From: Felis catus
Taxonomy: Eukaryota
Assembly: GCF_018350175.1 (NCBI RefSeq)
Contig: NC_058368.1
Location: forward strand, 220,474,001-220,538,000
Direction: 5' to 3'
Length of the DNA: 64,000 bases
Notes under the pieces: generated by a model
Database searches by the model: none
What the model was told of the DNA's origin: nothing
What the model saw: only the letters and a program-made list of their open reading frames with translations
Shown here: positions 24,266 through 37,952 of the stretch, piece by piece
Layout of the letters: every line of letters begins with the position of its first letter
Numbering within the stretch: the stretch's first letter is position 1
Translations under genes and position numbers: made by a program

Positions 24266-25104
24266 GTTATAGAAAACTTTTATGTCTGCTCATTTTCATT
24301 TTTCATTATGAAGTTACAGGGTCAGAATGATATGTATATTCTAAAACTGTGTGTGATTTTAACTTTTTTTTTAACCAACATACACTACAAAATACTCCCT
24401 AATGGAATTCAGTAAATGTTAGCCACTTTTCAGACTCATACAAAATGATAAGCTATAGATTTAAATCAAGAAAGTTAGCAGTGATTTGTGGAAGTCAAAA
24501 TTAGACACTATGTAGAAGGGGTCAGATGAGTGGCAAAAGAGGAACAGGAAGGAGGGAACTGCTCAGTGGGACTAGTAGCTATGAGTAAGAGCAAAAGAAG
24601 ACAATGGAAAAGGCATGGTATTCAAAATTGTCTCTGGCTGGACTGTTTTAGAGCCATTGCATTTATTAGCCTTCAAGCTCCAGTTAAGATGGCTCTCATG
24701 AAGGCAGATTGCTACATCAGATCCTACTCATGCATTGACTCTGCCTTATTTTCTCATTGCTTTCATTTTAAAGCAATCTTGCTATCTTGCTCTTTCTTTT
24801 CAGAACTTCTGCAGAAGAATGATATCTTGTAGTTACTCCCATCCCCAGAAAGAGTTTCTGTCATTAGCAAGGTCATCCCTACTTTGACACCAGAGTCATA
24901 GAGCATACCTCAGGCATATCTCTGAAAGGAGCCGGTGGATATAAGGTTCACCACATTTTTAAATGGCACTTTTTTTTTTTTTTGGTAAATCATGTCTAAG
25001 TTACTGTGAAACAAAACAATTGTGTTACTTACTGACTTGTTCCCTTTTTTTCTTGAGATGTGTGTACAAAACAATGTTTTCACACAGAATGTAGATTAAA
25101 TTAT

Positions 25105-25375
25105 CACAGCTGAGAGCAGCCGCCCATGAAAACCTTGGACTCTAAGACTCATTTGGGTTTCCCTAGGGAGGAACATTCCACACATTGCTTTGTAGATCCC
25201 TGCCAGAAACAAAGTGCTCCTGAGTGACCTCAGATAAAATTCTCCCAAACCCATCCTCTATGGACTCCTTTTGGACTCACATCTCTTTTCCTGCTGCTTT
25301 TGTGATCTATCCTTTTTGTAATAAATCTCAGCAGTGAGTTTACCTTCTACCTCTCAAAATAACAACTGAAGTGGA
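25105..25375 (+). mobile_element. MER21/MER77-like LTR remnant
   Basis: aaaaccttggactctaagactcatttgggtttccct...tatcctttttgtaataaatctcagcagtgagt. Confidence 0.55.
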
Positions 25376-26559
25376 AACTTTCCAAAAAATTTAGACCAGA
25401 AGTGACTTTTTTTTTATTAATTGCTTTGCTACAATATGAGGCAAATAAGCTGTAAGTTACCAAAAAAAAAAAAAAGGTGAATGAATTATCAAGAATTCAT
25501 CTCTACATTTTTCCCCCATAAACTGAACTAAGGTTATCTTCACCTGCCACTTTAAACACGGTATAGATGGTACATAATTATCTTGCAGTACAGCATAAAG
25601 AAAAGCAAATGTTGTAATGTCATTCATGTACAAATCCCAAATATATCCTCCTCTCTTTGGCATGAGATTTAGGGACATTCTTGGATGAAATTAACCAAAC
25701 TAAAACCTGGTGTTTGTGTATTTATGCTCTCACACATAGAGAATAGAACAAAACAAGAAGACATCTCAAGAAAATTCAGGAACATAAGTATGTTCAAGAA
25801 TATATTTATGGGCTGCCACAAAGCTATCTCAGAGTAATGCAAAAGTTTTTTTTTTTTGCTTTTTTAAGACATGATATTAAATGTTGAAGTAATTGGTGTA
25901 TTATCTACTTTGTGTTTGAAACATTTAGACAATTCAAATAATCCTTTTATTTGTCCATGAGTTTTGCAGTATACCAAAAATATACATGTCAAAGTGTGAA
26001 ATACGCCAAAATATAAGACAATGAGATTTCTCACAGCAATTTTAAATTTTTGGGAGCGTTGACTGTTGATCTGCAACTGAGACTAAGGGATCAATCTGTC
26101 TATCAAAGCAAAACTGAGTTAATTTAACCTACCATCATAAAAGAGAATACCATTTTGACATTTTCTCAAAATAAAGAAATTGGGAAAGTTCATTATTAGA
26201 CTTCAGAGTCTGGGCTCCAGTGTTCCAAGGTGAGTCTTTCAAACTAGCTGGGATTAGGAAAATTTTATAACATCCATGAACAGTAGACACAATGAATGAG
26301 GCCAGGATCCTGAAACCAGAATCACCAGGCAAATGGTTGCCAGATAAACGAGTAGTTTTCCCAGAGAAATTTTGTATGGAAATTCTCTGGATTTGTTTAT
26401 GGGTTAACCATCTTATCTTTCTGAACAAGAATTTTCTGGAACAAACACTTAAGTCATATTGTCATAGGAAGTTTCAGTTCTCAGTAAAGAGATATAATTC
26501 AAATAGTAAAGCTCATCTCTTACAGTAGAAAGTACTGGGAAACTTGAACTCAAATTCAA

Positions 26560-26830
26560 TCACCTGCAGATATTGACCACCCAGTATATATGGCACATGC
26601 TGAGTTAGGTGCTATATTCTGTGTGTTAACATTAGAGAGACAGTCCCTCACTTCACAGACCTCGTAGTCTGGTATATGATGCAGGCAAATAAAAAGGCAA
26701 TTTGGTGTGCAGTGACAAGTATTTGACAGCATTATGTGCAGGGATACAATGGCAGCACATAGGAAGAACACATAACTCAAATTTAGAAGGTTCTCGGAAG
26801 GTTTCTTGGGGAAAGTAATGGCTTGAATAA
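26560..26830 (-). mobile_element. L2 3' fragment
   Basis: agacagtccctcacttcacagacctcgtagtctgg...ggaaggtttcttggggaaagtaa. Confidence 0.65.
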
Positions 26831-27017
26831 AATTTTGTAATGGAAGCTAAGGGACTTGATGTAAGGAATGAAAATATAAGAAATATGAGGACAGAACTTT
26901 GGAGAAGAGCAACTTAACCACAGTTGGAACAGTGATTGCTTTAAAATATAAGGAGAGATAAAGCTCCCCTCTCTGGAAAGTGTATATAATTAAGTACATG
27001 TTAAATTATAAGTTTAC

Positions 27018-27125
27018 GGGGTACTTGGCTGGCTCAGTGAGCGGAGCATGTGACTCTTGATCTTTGGGGTTGTGAGTTTGAGGCCCACGTTGGATGCAGA
27101 GACTGGTTAAAAATAAAGTCTTTAA
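27018..27125 (+). mobile_element. Short old-type CanSINE lacking CT tract
   Basis: ggggtacttggctggctcagt...gagcatgtgactcttgatct...cccacgttggatgcagaga. Confidence 0.9.
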
Positions 27126-27320
27126 GGGGCGCCTGGGTGGCTCAGTCGCTTAAGTGTCTGACTTTGGCTCAGGTCAGTATCTCATGATTTCTGGAGCCTG
27201 CTTTGGATACTGTGCCTCCCTCTCTCTCTGTCTCTCCCCCCACTCTCACTCAGTCTCTGTCTCTCTCCGTCTCTCTCTCAAAGATAAATAAACATTATTT
27301 TTTTTAAAAAAACTTTAAAA

Positions 27321-27351
<31 letters not shown>

Positions 27352-27355
27352 AATA
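27126..27355 (+). mobile_element. Feline SINE with internal deletion, followed by (TAAA)n tail
   Basis: Head jumps from tctcatgattt to ctggagcctgc, losing the B-box region. Confidence 0.92.
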
Positions 27356-28325
27356 AAGTTAAGAAATTTGTTACTCCCACATTACAATATAATCTATATA
27401 ATATACATAATTATATATTATTTCTTTCCATTCTACTAAGATCCAACTTATGACCTATAGCTACCTAAATAGTACACATAAAAATAAATTTCATTCTGCT
27501 TAGACTTAATTTTGAAGTGAAAGCTACTGTTGTTTTTTTTTTAATTTGAGTTGGCATTTCTCAAAGGTCATTCATGTGGCAATGTGTGTATCATCTTTTG
27601 AACCAAGCATTTCATCTTTCATTTTTGGAGAACACTAAAAATATATAAAATTCAAGACATTCCCTTGCAATCTAGTGGACCAGATTTAAATCAGGAATAT
27701 CAGGATTTTCTAAGACAGTCTGAGCTAAAAACAAGTTTCATCTCTTTCTTTGTCCTCAATTCATTCAGACTATGTTTAGGTGGGCTGCATTTTTTATGTC
27801 TTTGTGACAATGTGGAAACTATTAAAAACATGTTTCTTTATTGTTAAGTTTTTCTAAAAACTCTCAAAAGAGTTTCTTAATTTTTCCTAGGGCTTATATA
27901 TTTATTTTTATGAAAAGCAGACAAAGCTTTATGATCCTCAACCTAATTATACAGGGATACTTCCTTTAGCAATAGGAATTGAAATATTCATACATATTCA
28001 TTATTTTCTTATAATTTGGTAGCTCGTAACAAAGTCTCATTTTAGAAAATATTCCATTCATATTAGTTAGTCCAAGGTCTTTAATTAAACAAAAAGTTAC
28101 CTTATCCTAATGTCCAAAATTCATGTACCCTTCCCCAGGAAGCCAAGAAATAAATTTCTTTTTTGTCTAATACTGATTTTAAGCTTTAGTATTCTCTTGT
28201 ACAAAGACGGTTAACTCAAAAAAACCATAATTAATAATTTTACTTGAAGTTCAAAAACTAAAAGAATTATTTCTCTATAATTACATCTCTGTTATACAGA
28301 ACATGAACTCTAATTCAGTATTTTA

Positions 28326-28483
28326 TTTATTTTTTAATGTTTTATTTATTTTTGAGAGAGCACAAGTGGGGGAGATGCAGAGAGAGGGACAGAGGATCTG
28401 ATCCTTGGCTTGAATTTACGAACCTCGGAATTAAGACCTGAGGCGAAATCGGACGCTCAGCCGACTGAGCCACCCAGGTGCCC
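28326..28483 (-). mobile_element. Feline SINE with internal deletion
   Basis: TSD taattcagtatttta/taattaagtatttta. Confidence 0.93.
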
Positions 28484-30547
28484 TAATTAAGTATTTTAAA
28501 AGTGTTTTAAAATGTTATTTTTCACAAAAATAAATAAAATGCTATTTTTCTGTTATAGATGGTGATTTTTGTGAAAGAAGATGAGATTCTCTGAGATCAT
28601 TGATGGTTTCTTAGATGTAGGAAGAATGAATTTTGTTTGGAGCTTCTGCCTCCACCAAAAAACTATCATCAAGAGTGTTCTATCTGTGCAGAGATACCAA
28701 GATTTCTTTATCATTTTAACTGAGCCTTTTGTTTTCTTCTTTTTTCTGGCAGAGAAATGTGCCACCATATCAAGAGACATCTATGACCTTTCAAGTGTTT
28801 AAGACGAACTCAAAATTTGGAATGTTTCTCTGATGCTGTCAGCATCTTCACAGTAGATGATGACAAGCCACTGGCTTCCCTGAGAAATATCTACAGAATT
28901 CCACCCAAATGCATGCTAGAAATGGCAGCAGTGACGACTGCTAATTCTTAAGAGCCTGCTCAAAATATTAGTAGGAACGTTAAAATTTCTGGACTGGGAC
29001 CCATCATCTTGATGATGGAAATTGCTCTGTTTTTATTTTTCCTTCTCTTTTTATACCAAAACAACCAATGCATACAGTTTAATCACATCCCTTCAAATTG
29101 TGGTCACTTATTTTGTTTTCACTAATATTAAGTAATTGCCAATCTGTTTCATGAAGAAGATTTTAGTCGGGACTGAAATGAAGTGTCTTTTCCTAGTAAA
29201 TGTACGCATTGTGCAATATAAAGCATGGATAGAACATGAAGTCAAAGATAGAGGAAGAAACCATCAGACCACAGTTTCAAAAAAATTAAAAGGAGTATTG
29301 CCCGCATGCACTACATTGTCTATTAAAAGTCTCCACTGACCTTCTCTACATGGTAGGCATTGGAGAACTTCTTGTTTTTTTTTTTCAAGGTTTTGTTTAA
29401 ATTCCAGTTAGTTAACATACCGAGTAATCTCACTTTCAGCTGAGATCTTATAATCAATTCCTGTCATCGAAAGAGAGTAAAGTACAAGGCTTGCAGACTG
29501 TAGAGTGGATAAGAGGTGAAGAACAGCAGCCATGGAATAGAGAAAATCTCCAAGAAGCCAGGAAAGAGATAAGAGGAGCTTTATTTGGTGAAGGAAACAG
29601 GGTGACAGATCATGTAAACTTTTAAGATGAGAAAGAGAGGAGCATGTTTATTATAGGGAAGAAACCAGTGAAGAGGGAAATAACTAGAAAGATTAGTTGT
29701 TGGAAATTTAAGGTCCCTGCGATGAGGTTACAAATTTGTGGAGTGGAGATGGTTTGAAATAGCCAATAGAACTTGAGAGGAAAAACTAACCACACAAATA
29801 CACAAAGATAACCAACCATAAAATGTTGAAGATTCCACTGACCAAGAAGAACATATATTTATCACGGCACCAAATTTTGAGTCTATGTGTTTCTCTAATG
29901 ATTTTTCTTTCATCACATTCAACAGTGTGGATATTGGTAGAGAATATATAGGTATTTACCAATCAGTATATTTGGATTCTAAGAATATACAAGACACTCT
30001 ATGGAGTAGAAAGAAACAAAAGGTCCTTCCCTTCATAGGATTATAATTCAGTTGAGCATAATTAGCTAAAATTCATTTTTAAAACATGCAGTTCAAAACA
30101 GCAATGAATAATTGATCTACATATAAAGATCAATTGATCTACATTATAAAGATAAAAGGCGATTCTGTGATTCAGTTTAATTTTTGGACAACCTTCTCTC
30201 TCCCCACTAAGATTTCAGGGATAATTGTCCATCCTCAATAATGTATTATACAATTGTACCTTCAAGTATTTCAAAAGAAAAAAAAAATGCATTCTTCACG
30301 TGTATACAACAGTATTTACTGTTTTGCCAAGAGGTTTTTCTATCCTGCTTTAATTGTGAGTCAGTGCTTCCTTTCTGGCTAAGATCTAGGCATAACCAGG
30401 AAAAATCTTGAGAACAAAGGCCTCTGAGGTGTAGTTCTAGGTTATTACCATAAGAGGGTGGTAGTATTAAGTGCAGGGCATTTAAAAACAACTCATAAAA
30501 TAATTAAAATGGACAGTTATAGTTAAGTTCCTTATCACCTTAAAGGG

Positions 30548-30643
30548 TTTTTTTTTAATTGAAATAAAGTTAAGAGACAGTGTTATATTAGTTTCAGGTG
30601 TGCAATACAAGGATTCAACGATTCTGTATGCTGCTTGTGCTCA
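30548..30643 (-). mobile_element. Severely 5'-truncated L1 3' end
   Basis: T tract then gttatattagtttcaggtgtgcaatacaaggattcaac; TSD atcacc(t/c)taaag at 30534/30649. Confidence 0.75.
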
Positions 30644-31289
30644 TATTGATCACCCTAAAGTATTAAAGGTGCAATTAATGCTCTTATGCCACTGAGTATC
30701 TCTCACTAGTTTTGGTAACTATCATGGGTTGATTTATCCGGCGGTGCAAGCCTGGGCTCCATCATCCCCAGCTGCTCTATCAGTGTTTGTATACTTCCCC
30801 TGACTATTCTTGTCAATTTGGTATTTGACTAAGGTGAGTCAAGTGTCAATGTCTTTCGGCTAACCCAGTGCCCTACTTAAACTGATTTTTTCCTAAATAA
30901 TGATCAGACCCACTCTGTGTGCCAGGAAGAACCTTGTCTTTTCTAGAGTTCCAGTCAAATAATAGACAATGAAACAGATTTAACACCATGTTTGCTTTCT
31001 ATAATAACAGTCCAGGAATATTCCTGGCAACTGGACTAAATACTCTTCACAAAAGGAGTGTTTTTTAAGAAATGTAGCTTTTAACTTTTTATAAAAACTT
31101 ATGTAACTTTATTATAATGATTTAATAAGTTAATCGTATTAATAAAATGTATTTTAAATGTTAAAATTCACATGCTAGTATTCTTATATATATTATGCAT
31201 ATATATTTTTTAAACTTACTATCTTATTATGTAATAGCAATAATATGAGCATGTATTATATGTTTGACAATATAGCAGGTTCATTTAAT

Positions 31290-31470
31290 TATTTAATTAA
31301 ATGTATCTTATCATTTGATTCTCACTGTAAATGGATGGGGTCATTTTTATAAGTCCCATTTTACAGTTGATAAAACAGACGTTGAGGATGATTTTTTTAA
31401 GATTATATAGTCAATAAAGGCTTTTTGCTGTGTTTCAAACCCAAGCTAATCTATGTATGCTTCTATTCAC
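31290..31470 (-). mobile_element. MIR fragment
   Basis: cccattttacagttgataaaacagacgttgagga. Confidence 0.6.
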
Positions 31471-31546
31471 GATATAGGAAAATATAGCTTCCCCATCCTT
31501 CATACCTTTTTTTTTCTTAGTGCAGATGGCAAAGATAAATATTATT

Positions 31547-31769
31547 GAAAAGAATTTTTTTAACATTTATTTATTTCTGAGACAGAGAGAGACAGAGCAT
31601 GAGTGGGGGAGGGGCAGAGAGAGAGGAAGACACTGAATCCGAGGGAGGCTCCAGACTCTGAGCTGTCAGCACAGAGCCCCCCCCCCGGCCAGGCTCAAAC
31701 TCACAAACCGTGTGATCATGACCTGAGCGGAAGTCAGTCGCTCAACCTACTGAGCCACCCAGGAGCCCC
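31547..31769 (-). mobile_element. Feline SINE
   Basis: 16 bp TSD aaagataaatattatt 31531-31546/31770-31785; internal poly-C expansion. Confidence 0.97.
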
Positions 31770-32009
31770 AAAGATAAATATTATTTTAATCCTTATTGAT
31801 TCCATGTTATTATCACACCACTAAAGATCTCCTTATGATAATCAATACACCTCACTCAGCACCCACTTCGTGTTCCATGTACAAGCAACTGCTCACTGTG
31901 CCGCTCGTTCCAAAATCTTCTCACTTTGAGACCTACTGTTGAAAATAATTCAACTTTCTATACTTCAGTGAATTAATTAATATACTTAGACAATGTGTTT
32001 TGGTATGTT

Positions 32010-32256
32010 ATTTTATCTATTTATTAATTTTTATTAATTTTTTTTGTTTGTTTTGTTTTTGTTTTTGTTTTTGTTTTTTTTTAGAGAGAGAGTGTGTGAG
32101 GTTGGGAGAGTGGCAGAGGGAGAGAGAAAGAAACTTAAGCAAGCTCCATGCTCAGTGTGGAGCCTGATGCAGGACTCAATCCCCCAACCCTGGGATCATG
32201 ACCTGAGCTGAAATCAAGAGTCAGATGATCAACAGACTGAGCCACCCACGCACCCC
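32010..32256 (-). mobile_element. CanSINE (gatcccagggttg type)
   Basis: Reverse SINE with T-rich tail; degenerate TSD tgttttggtatgtt/tgatttgatatgtt. Confidence 0.92.
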
Positions 32257-32526
32257 TGATTTGATATGTTTAAATGCTTTTTTGTTTGCTTTTAGTTTGA
32301 TTTAAGTTTCAATTCTCAAAGGACAGGCTATAAAATCTATGGGTACCGTTTCTTAATATTGAAAAATACAATACTGTTGTGCAGTAATCTCTGTTAATCC
32401 TACAGATTAATATTTTAAGAGGGTACAGTTTTATTAAAATGTGTTTTGGTTTTCATAGTTTATACACAGGTTGCATTCATTAGGAGAGAAATACTTAACA
32501 AAACGTGTTAAGCAGTGTTATATATT

Positions 32527-32665
32527 ATTTTAATTGAAGTATAATTAGCATAACATATAAGTTTCAGGTACACAGTATGATTCAATATTTGTATATATTG
32601 GAAATTTTATAACTAGAAATTGGTACCTTTTGGTCCCCCCCTTTACCCATTTTACCCCGCCCTCC
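32527..32665 (-). mobile_element. L1 3' end fragment
   Basis: ttttaattgaagtataatt...gtttcaggtacacagtatgattcaatatttgtatatattg. Confidence 0.7.
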
Positions 32666-33766
32666 AAAAATGTTACTATATTGACGTCAACAGTGTCTTA
32701 TAATTGTCATTTGCAGATAAAAGTTTAGCTAAACCAGTTTAAATGCCTATTCAGCTTTTATTTTTGTTACTCGAAGCAGATCTAAATTGTGTAATAAGAG
32801 TGATTTCCAAGGTTAATATGTTGATTATAAATGTAATGTAATGAATAGGATGTGTTTTTATTTGATTCTTGAGATAAAATTTCCTTGGGGAAGTCTAATT
32901 AGGAAAAGATTAATTGTTCAGATATGTAAGAATACCAAAATTAAGCAATGTAAATTGTTTCTAGGGAGGAGGTTTCTAGGGACTTAAGGTTTTGGACATT
33001 CTAGGACATCCAAAGAAATTTCAAAAATGCATATAGCTAAGATTAGCATATTATGCTGATTATTATCAAGTTGTAAGGAGCTCAGTTTAGCAGTACCTAT
33101 GTCTAGATAAATTCTTGAGAAGCCCTTTACTTCTAATTCTAGCGACATAACAGTATTCAATTTGGGCATTTTGCAGATACAAGTGTACTTCTGGATGATG
33201 CTTTTTTTTTTTTTTAAATAATGCCTCATGGATGAACAGCATAGCTACATTTTAAGAATAAGATTACACAGAAGAGAGTTATTTGTAATATTGTCATGAG
33301 TCTATCTTCTTTTTTAGAAAAAACACATGCTCTAAAACTTAGCCAATAGATTGCTGGGCTAGATAGATTTATTGATTGGTAGATAGATGTAGATAGATAC
33401 TGATGAGACAGATAGTAGTTTCTCTCTGTCTGGCTCTAGGCCTACCTATGATCAGATGACCAGGTTCCTCTGCTTTTTCCTCTTTCTTCTTAAGAAACTC
33501 TACTTTTGAGATCCTGGGTAACACCTTTATGTTAATATTCACCAGGCCTATACCTGGATTTCACTTCTAACATCTGCGTCTGAGTTTAATACATATTTAA
33601 GTGTATTTCCTGCAGGCAGTTTCCTTCCTTAGCTCCAACAGAAAGTGCTAAAAACCATTCAACTCTCAAGACTTTGTCCCATGTTTTCTGTCTCTTTCAT
33701 CTTTCTGCCAATCACTTCAGTTAGAAAGCCATTGGCTATTTCTAACTCAAGCTTTTCTTTCATCCC

Positions 33767-34581
33767 TGTATTCATTTCCTATTTATGGTGTCAAAAATTA
33801 AAACAAAGTTAGTAGCTAAGCACAGCACAAATTTATTGCCTGAAAGTTTGGAGGTCAGGAGTCAGAAATGGGTCTCACCGGGCTTTTTAAAATCAAGGTG
33901 TTGGCAGGGCTGAGTTCCTTTCTGGAGACTCTAGAGAAAAATGTTTACTTACTTTTTTCTGCTTCTAGAGACTTTCTTGCATTCCTTGGCCTGTGGCACT
34001 CCTGCTCCATACTGAAAGCCAGGAGGGGTTGGGTCGAAGTTTCACACTTCCATCTTTCTGATTTGCTTTCTTATGCTTCCTTCTTCCACTTTTAAGGACT
34101 CTTCATTACATTGGGCCCACCCCAGTAATCTTGGATGATCACTGTATTTTAAAGGGAACTGATTGACAATCTTAATTCCATCTGCTATCTTGATTTCTCC
34201 TTTGCCACATACGTAATATAGCATAGTGATAAAATCCAAGGATTCAGCATGTGGAAATGTTTTTTTTCTTTTTTTTAATTGAAAAAAATTTTAATGTTTA
34301 TTTATTTTTGAGAAAGAGAGAGAGAGAGAGAGAGAGAGCAGGGGAAGGGGCAGAGAGAGAGGGAGACACAGAACCTGAAGCAGGCTCCAGGCTCTGAGCT
34401 GTCAGCACAGAGCCTGATGCGGGGCTCGAACTCTTAGACCACGAGATCATGACCTGAGTTGAAGTCTGACCTGAGTCAAAGTCGGACACTTAACCAACTG
34501 AGCCACACAGGCCCCCCTCCTGCCACCTTTTTTGTTTGTTTGTTTCTTTTGAGGCAATGACTGCGCTATTTTGTCTCCTGC
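33767..34581 (-). mobile_element. MLT1C/D-like MaLR LTR interrupted by a SINE
   Basis: tgtattcatttcctatt...ggaggtcaggagtcagaaatgggtctcac...aatcaaggtgttggcagggctg...ttaattccatctgc. Confidence 0.85.
34262..34516 (-). mobile_element. Feline SINE
   Basis: Reverse SINE with a short imperfect tandem duplication (gacctgagttgaagtct gacctgagtcaaagtc). Confidence 0.96.
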
Positions 34582-35106
34582 AGTCTCCAACCAGTAGGTA
34601 ACAGTCTTGGAGACTTTCTGTGTTTCACATGAGTTTTTGATTCATCCTCATGTCTCCCACCTACTATCTTTTACATAATTTATATTCAGCTTCCACATCA
34701 CCTAATTTCATTTCCTCAATTAGAAATTAAGAGACATGTTTCCAGTAGTCTTGTACCATTAATTAACTCTGTCTTAAAAAGTGACTTAAGTTTATTGGCT
34801 TTCTTATAGATAAATAAACATTATTGGACTAGGTCATTTATAGGACCCCTTTAATTTTTTTTTAATTATAGTATATATCTATATGTAATATAGATTATAA
34901 TATAAACAACATAATTACAATTAATTTTGATTATCAACTCTTAAACAATGCCATATTAATAATCAGCTTTAAAAGTATTATGCATCTAATTAAAGCTTGA
35001 TTTTAATAAAATATCTTTTCTTCAGTCCCTTCCAGGAGTGTTTCTCTTGAGCCAAAGTGATGAAGGAGATGATATTATTTTTACCGTGTTAAAAATAATC
35101 CTTGTT

Positions 35107-35324
35107 GGGGCGCCTGGGTGGCTCAGTCAGTTAAGCGTCCGACTTCGGCTCAGGTCATGATCTCACAGGCCATGAGTTTGAACCCCGAGTCAGGCTCTGT
35201 GCTGACACCTCAGAGCCTGGAGCCTGCTTCGGATTCTGTGTCTCGCTCTCTCTCTGCCCCTCCCCTGCTCATGCTCTGTCTCTCTCTGTCTCAAAAATAA
35301 ATAAAAACATTTAAAAAAATTTAA
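35107..35324 (+). mobile_element. Feline SINE
   Basis: 14 bp TSD aaaaataatccttg 35091-35104/35325-35338. Confidence 0.98.
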
Positions 35325-36487
35325 AAAAATAATCCTTGAATCTTCTGCTCATAGGAGAGGAAAGATTACTTAAATTCATTTTCCAAACTTTTTCTATGAC
35401 ATTTTTAATAAAAATATCACTATTATATTTTGGCAATATTAACTAATATAAGGGACTAGATTACTATATATAGTATTTCTTTGTAGGTTATGTTTAAAAT
35501 GATAATTTGGTTACTACAAAAGAGAATATTCAATTATATCAAAATGTTATGACTGCTTGGAAGGCAATAATATGATAGAAATTTAAAATTCCACTTAGCA
35601 AATTTTTACATTCTGCATTTTTTTAAATACTCACAAGAATCCCCTGTGAAACAATCCCTGACTAGATTCTGCACTAAAACTTTCCATGGATTTTATGAAT
35701 ATCTACAGCTCATTAACAAGCATATGCAAAATAATTATGCTGATCTACTCAATGTGAATTTATTAATTTCTAAACAGTTATAATGCACGTTTGCCATTTG
35801 TAAATATTTTTTAATGAAAACCTCCTAAGCTGCCGCATGAATATTACATGCTGGTCAAATATCTCAGAAAAACAAAAGGAATCAGGGAATATGTGATTGG
35901 AATCAAAATCTTAATAATCCATTGATCTGTCATTGTTAGACATCTGTATGACTCTTCCGTGTAATGTTGGTTATTGGTTAACAAAAACAGAACCGTGATT
36001 TTCTTTCTTGAAAAAGTAATGAGTAGACATCTTGGAATACAGACATAATGGTGTCCCAGAGATTGTTCATCACCTTGTATTAAAAGTAATTCAAAGTCCA
36101 TGAAGACCCAAACACTAACGTGGATGACATCTTTGAAGTCCTAAAAATGAAAGCACTGACATGAGACCAAAAATCAGGCAGCTGTAACATATGACCAAGG
36201 CCACAGAACACAGATAAACAGAAAGAAAACCTAGTGAAAAGTGAACAGCAAAATTATAGTTCTCAGAAAATGTAGATGCAATGTAAAATGCATGTGAACT
36301 GTAATTATGATCTAACCAAAATAGAAATACTCTCTAAATATAAAAATGAGAGACATTTATGTCATAGTTTGTCACATCAAATCAGCAGCTAAAAAAAAAA
36401 AAAAAGCATAAGGATATTTAAAACTTTTTTTTTTGCAATTCCTTGGTTATAAATATAATTCAACACATTTAAAACAAGAGTCTTAAA

Positions 36488-36860
36488 GCCGGCGGAGCCA
36501 TTACACATGAAAAAATGAGTCATATTAAAATGATTTGTAACGAAATAATACCACACCCATTGTGGAAGAAATGTGTTGCTATTTTAGAGTCCTCAGGCAG
36601 GAATGTTGCTATTTTAGGCTCCCCAAAAGCCAAAAGCGAGGTCACAGGGCAGACAGAATTAAAGGACACACTGTATGATACCTGCATTTTCATGGCCATG
36701 TGGTGGCAAGGTAGATGGCCCGCAGCTCTAGCAGCGGGACTAATCAAACATGTACATCTGATTAATTTTGATGTGTTAGCGGGCATTTGACCTCCTGAAG
36801 AGAGAAGTCATGAATTACATAATGAGACCCAAAGTGGAGCAAATATAGCCACAGCCTGGA
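36488..36860. promoter_or_regulatory. Candidate enhancer / conserved non-coding element
   Basis: Unique sequence with retained CpGs, TGAGTCA, paired TAATCA/TGATTA, 14 bp direct repeat; motif evidence only. Confidence 0.3.
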
Positions 36861-37141
36861 GAATATTTGTTCCGAAAATACTTTTCTCATAGCAAAGTAT
36901 TGTTTCTCTTACCTTTGCCATTTGTTTAAAATCATAGATTTGATAGACCCCACTCCATAAGAGATCTCTCAAGTAATCTAAAGAAAGAGAAGGAAAATTT
37001 TACGTCCAAAATGTGATATCGATTGAAAGACTGATATATTATTTGCCCACTATCTTTTAAAGCAATAAGATTGTTAATATATCATCCCTTCATGTCTAGG
37101 ACAGTAATAGCTCTTGATGAATTATGTGTTTAGGAACTCTT

Positions 37142-37359
37142 TTCGTCTTTAATTTTTTTTAGTGTTTATTTTTGAGAGACAGAGAGAGACAGACAGACAG
37201 ACTGAGTGAGGGAGGGATAGACAGAGAGGGAGACAGTATCTGAAGCAGGCTCCAGATTCCTTGCTGTCAGCACAGTCAGACACGGGGCTCAAACTCATGA
37301 CCCGTGAGATCATGACCTGAGCCGAAATCAGACGCTTAACTGAGCCACCCAGATGCCCC
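37142..37359 (-). mobile_element. Feline SINE
   Basis: TSD aggaactctt 37132-37141/37360-37369. Confidence 0.96.
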
Positions 37360-37887
37360 AGGAACTCTTAATCAAATAGCCATATTCTCTATCTTTTCTG
37401 TTTCCTAATTTTAGTCATTGAGAGAGGGAAAAAAAAAAGATTCAAATTGGTTATTATGAGAATTGTTAATCCATATAAAAACAAGCATGTAATTGATAAA
37501 ATTCCAGTAGAGTTATCATACATTATGAAGCAACTCTGAGATGTTTTAAATTAGTCTTGTATTTAGCACAGAAGTTTACTTAATATATTTTCTGGAATAA
37601 ATGATAACCTCAACTGAAGGTAACTAATTTTCCATTTTTGCTAGGTAATTTTTTTGAAGTTTTGAGATACATTAATTATTTAAACTTTTAGAGAAACATA
37701 TTAATAGGACAGATATCTATGGAAATTCTTTCTTTTTAGATAGACCTAGCTATATAAACTTTGTGTAAAACTATATAATAATAAATAAATTTAGCAATAT
37801 TATTTTTATCTATTCTCAAATTTCATATAAATATTTTACATAAACTCTTCATGGGGATCTTTGATACTGACTTCTATTTTAACAACT

Positions 37888-37915
37888 ATTTTTTTTAATG
37901 TTTATTTATTTTTGA

Positions 37916-37952
<37 letters not shown>

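Noticed and set aside
28725..28835. Strong polypyrimidine tract plus CAG acceptor
   Set aside because: All three downstream frames stop within ~80 nt and no recognisable protein; a non-coding exon cannot be excluded but is unsupported
29001..29018. Perfect short hairpins ccatcatc-tt-gatgatgg (also tagacaaga-tag-tcttgtcta at 49273-49293)
   Set aside because: Isolated 8-9 bp stems are expected by chance in 64 kb
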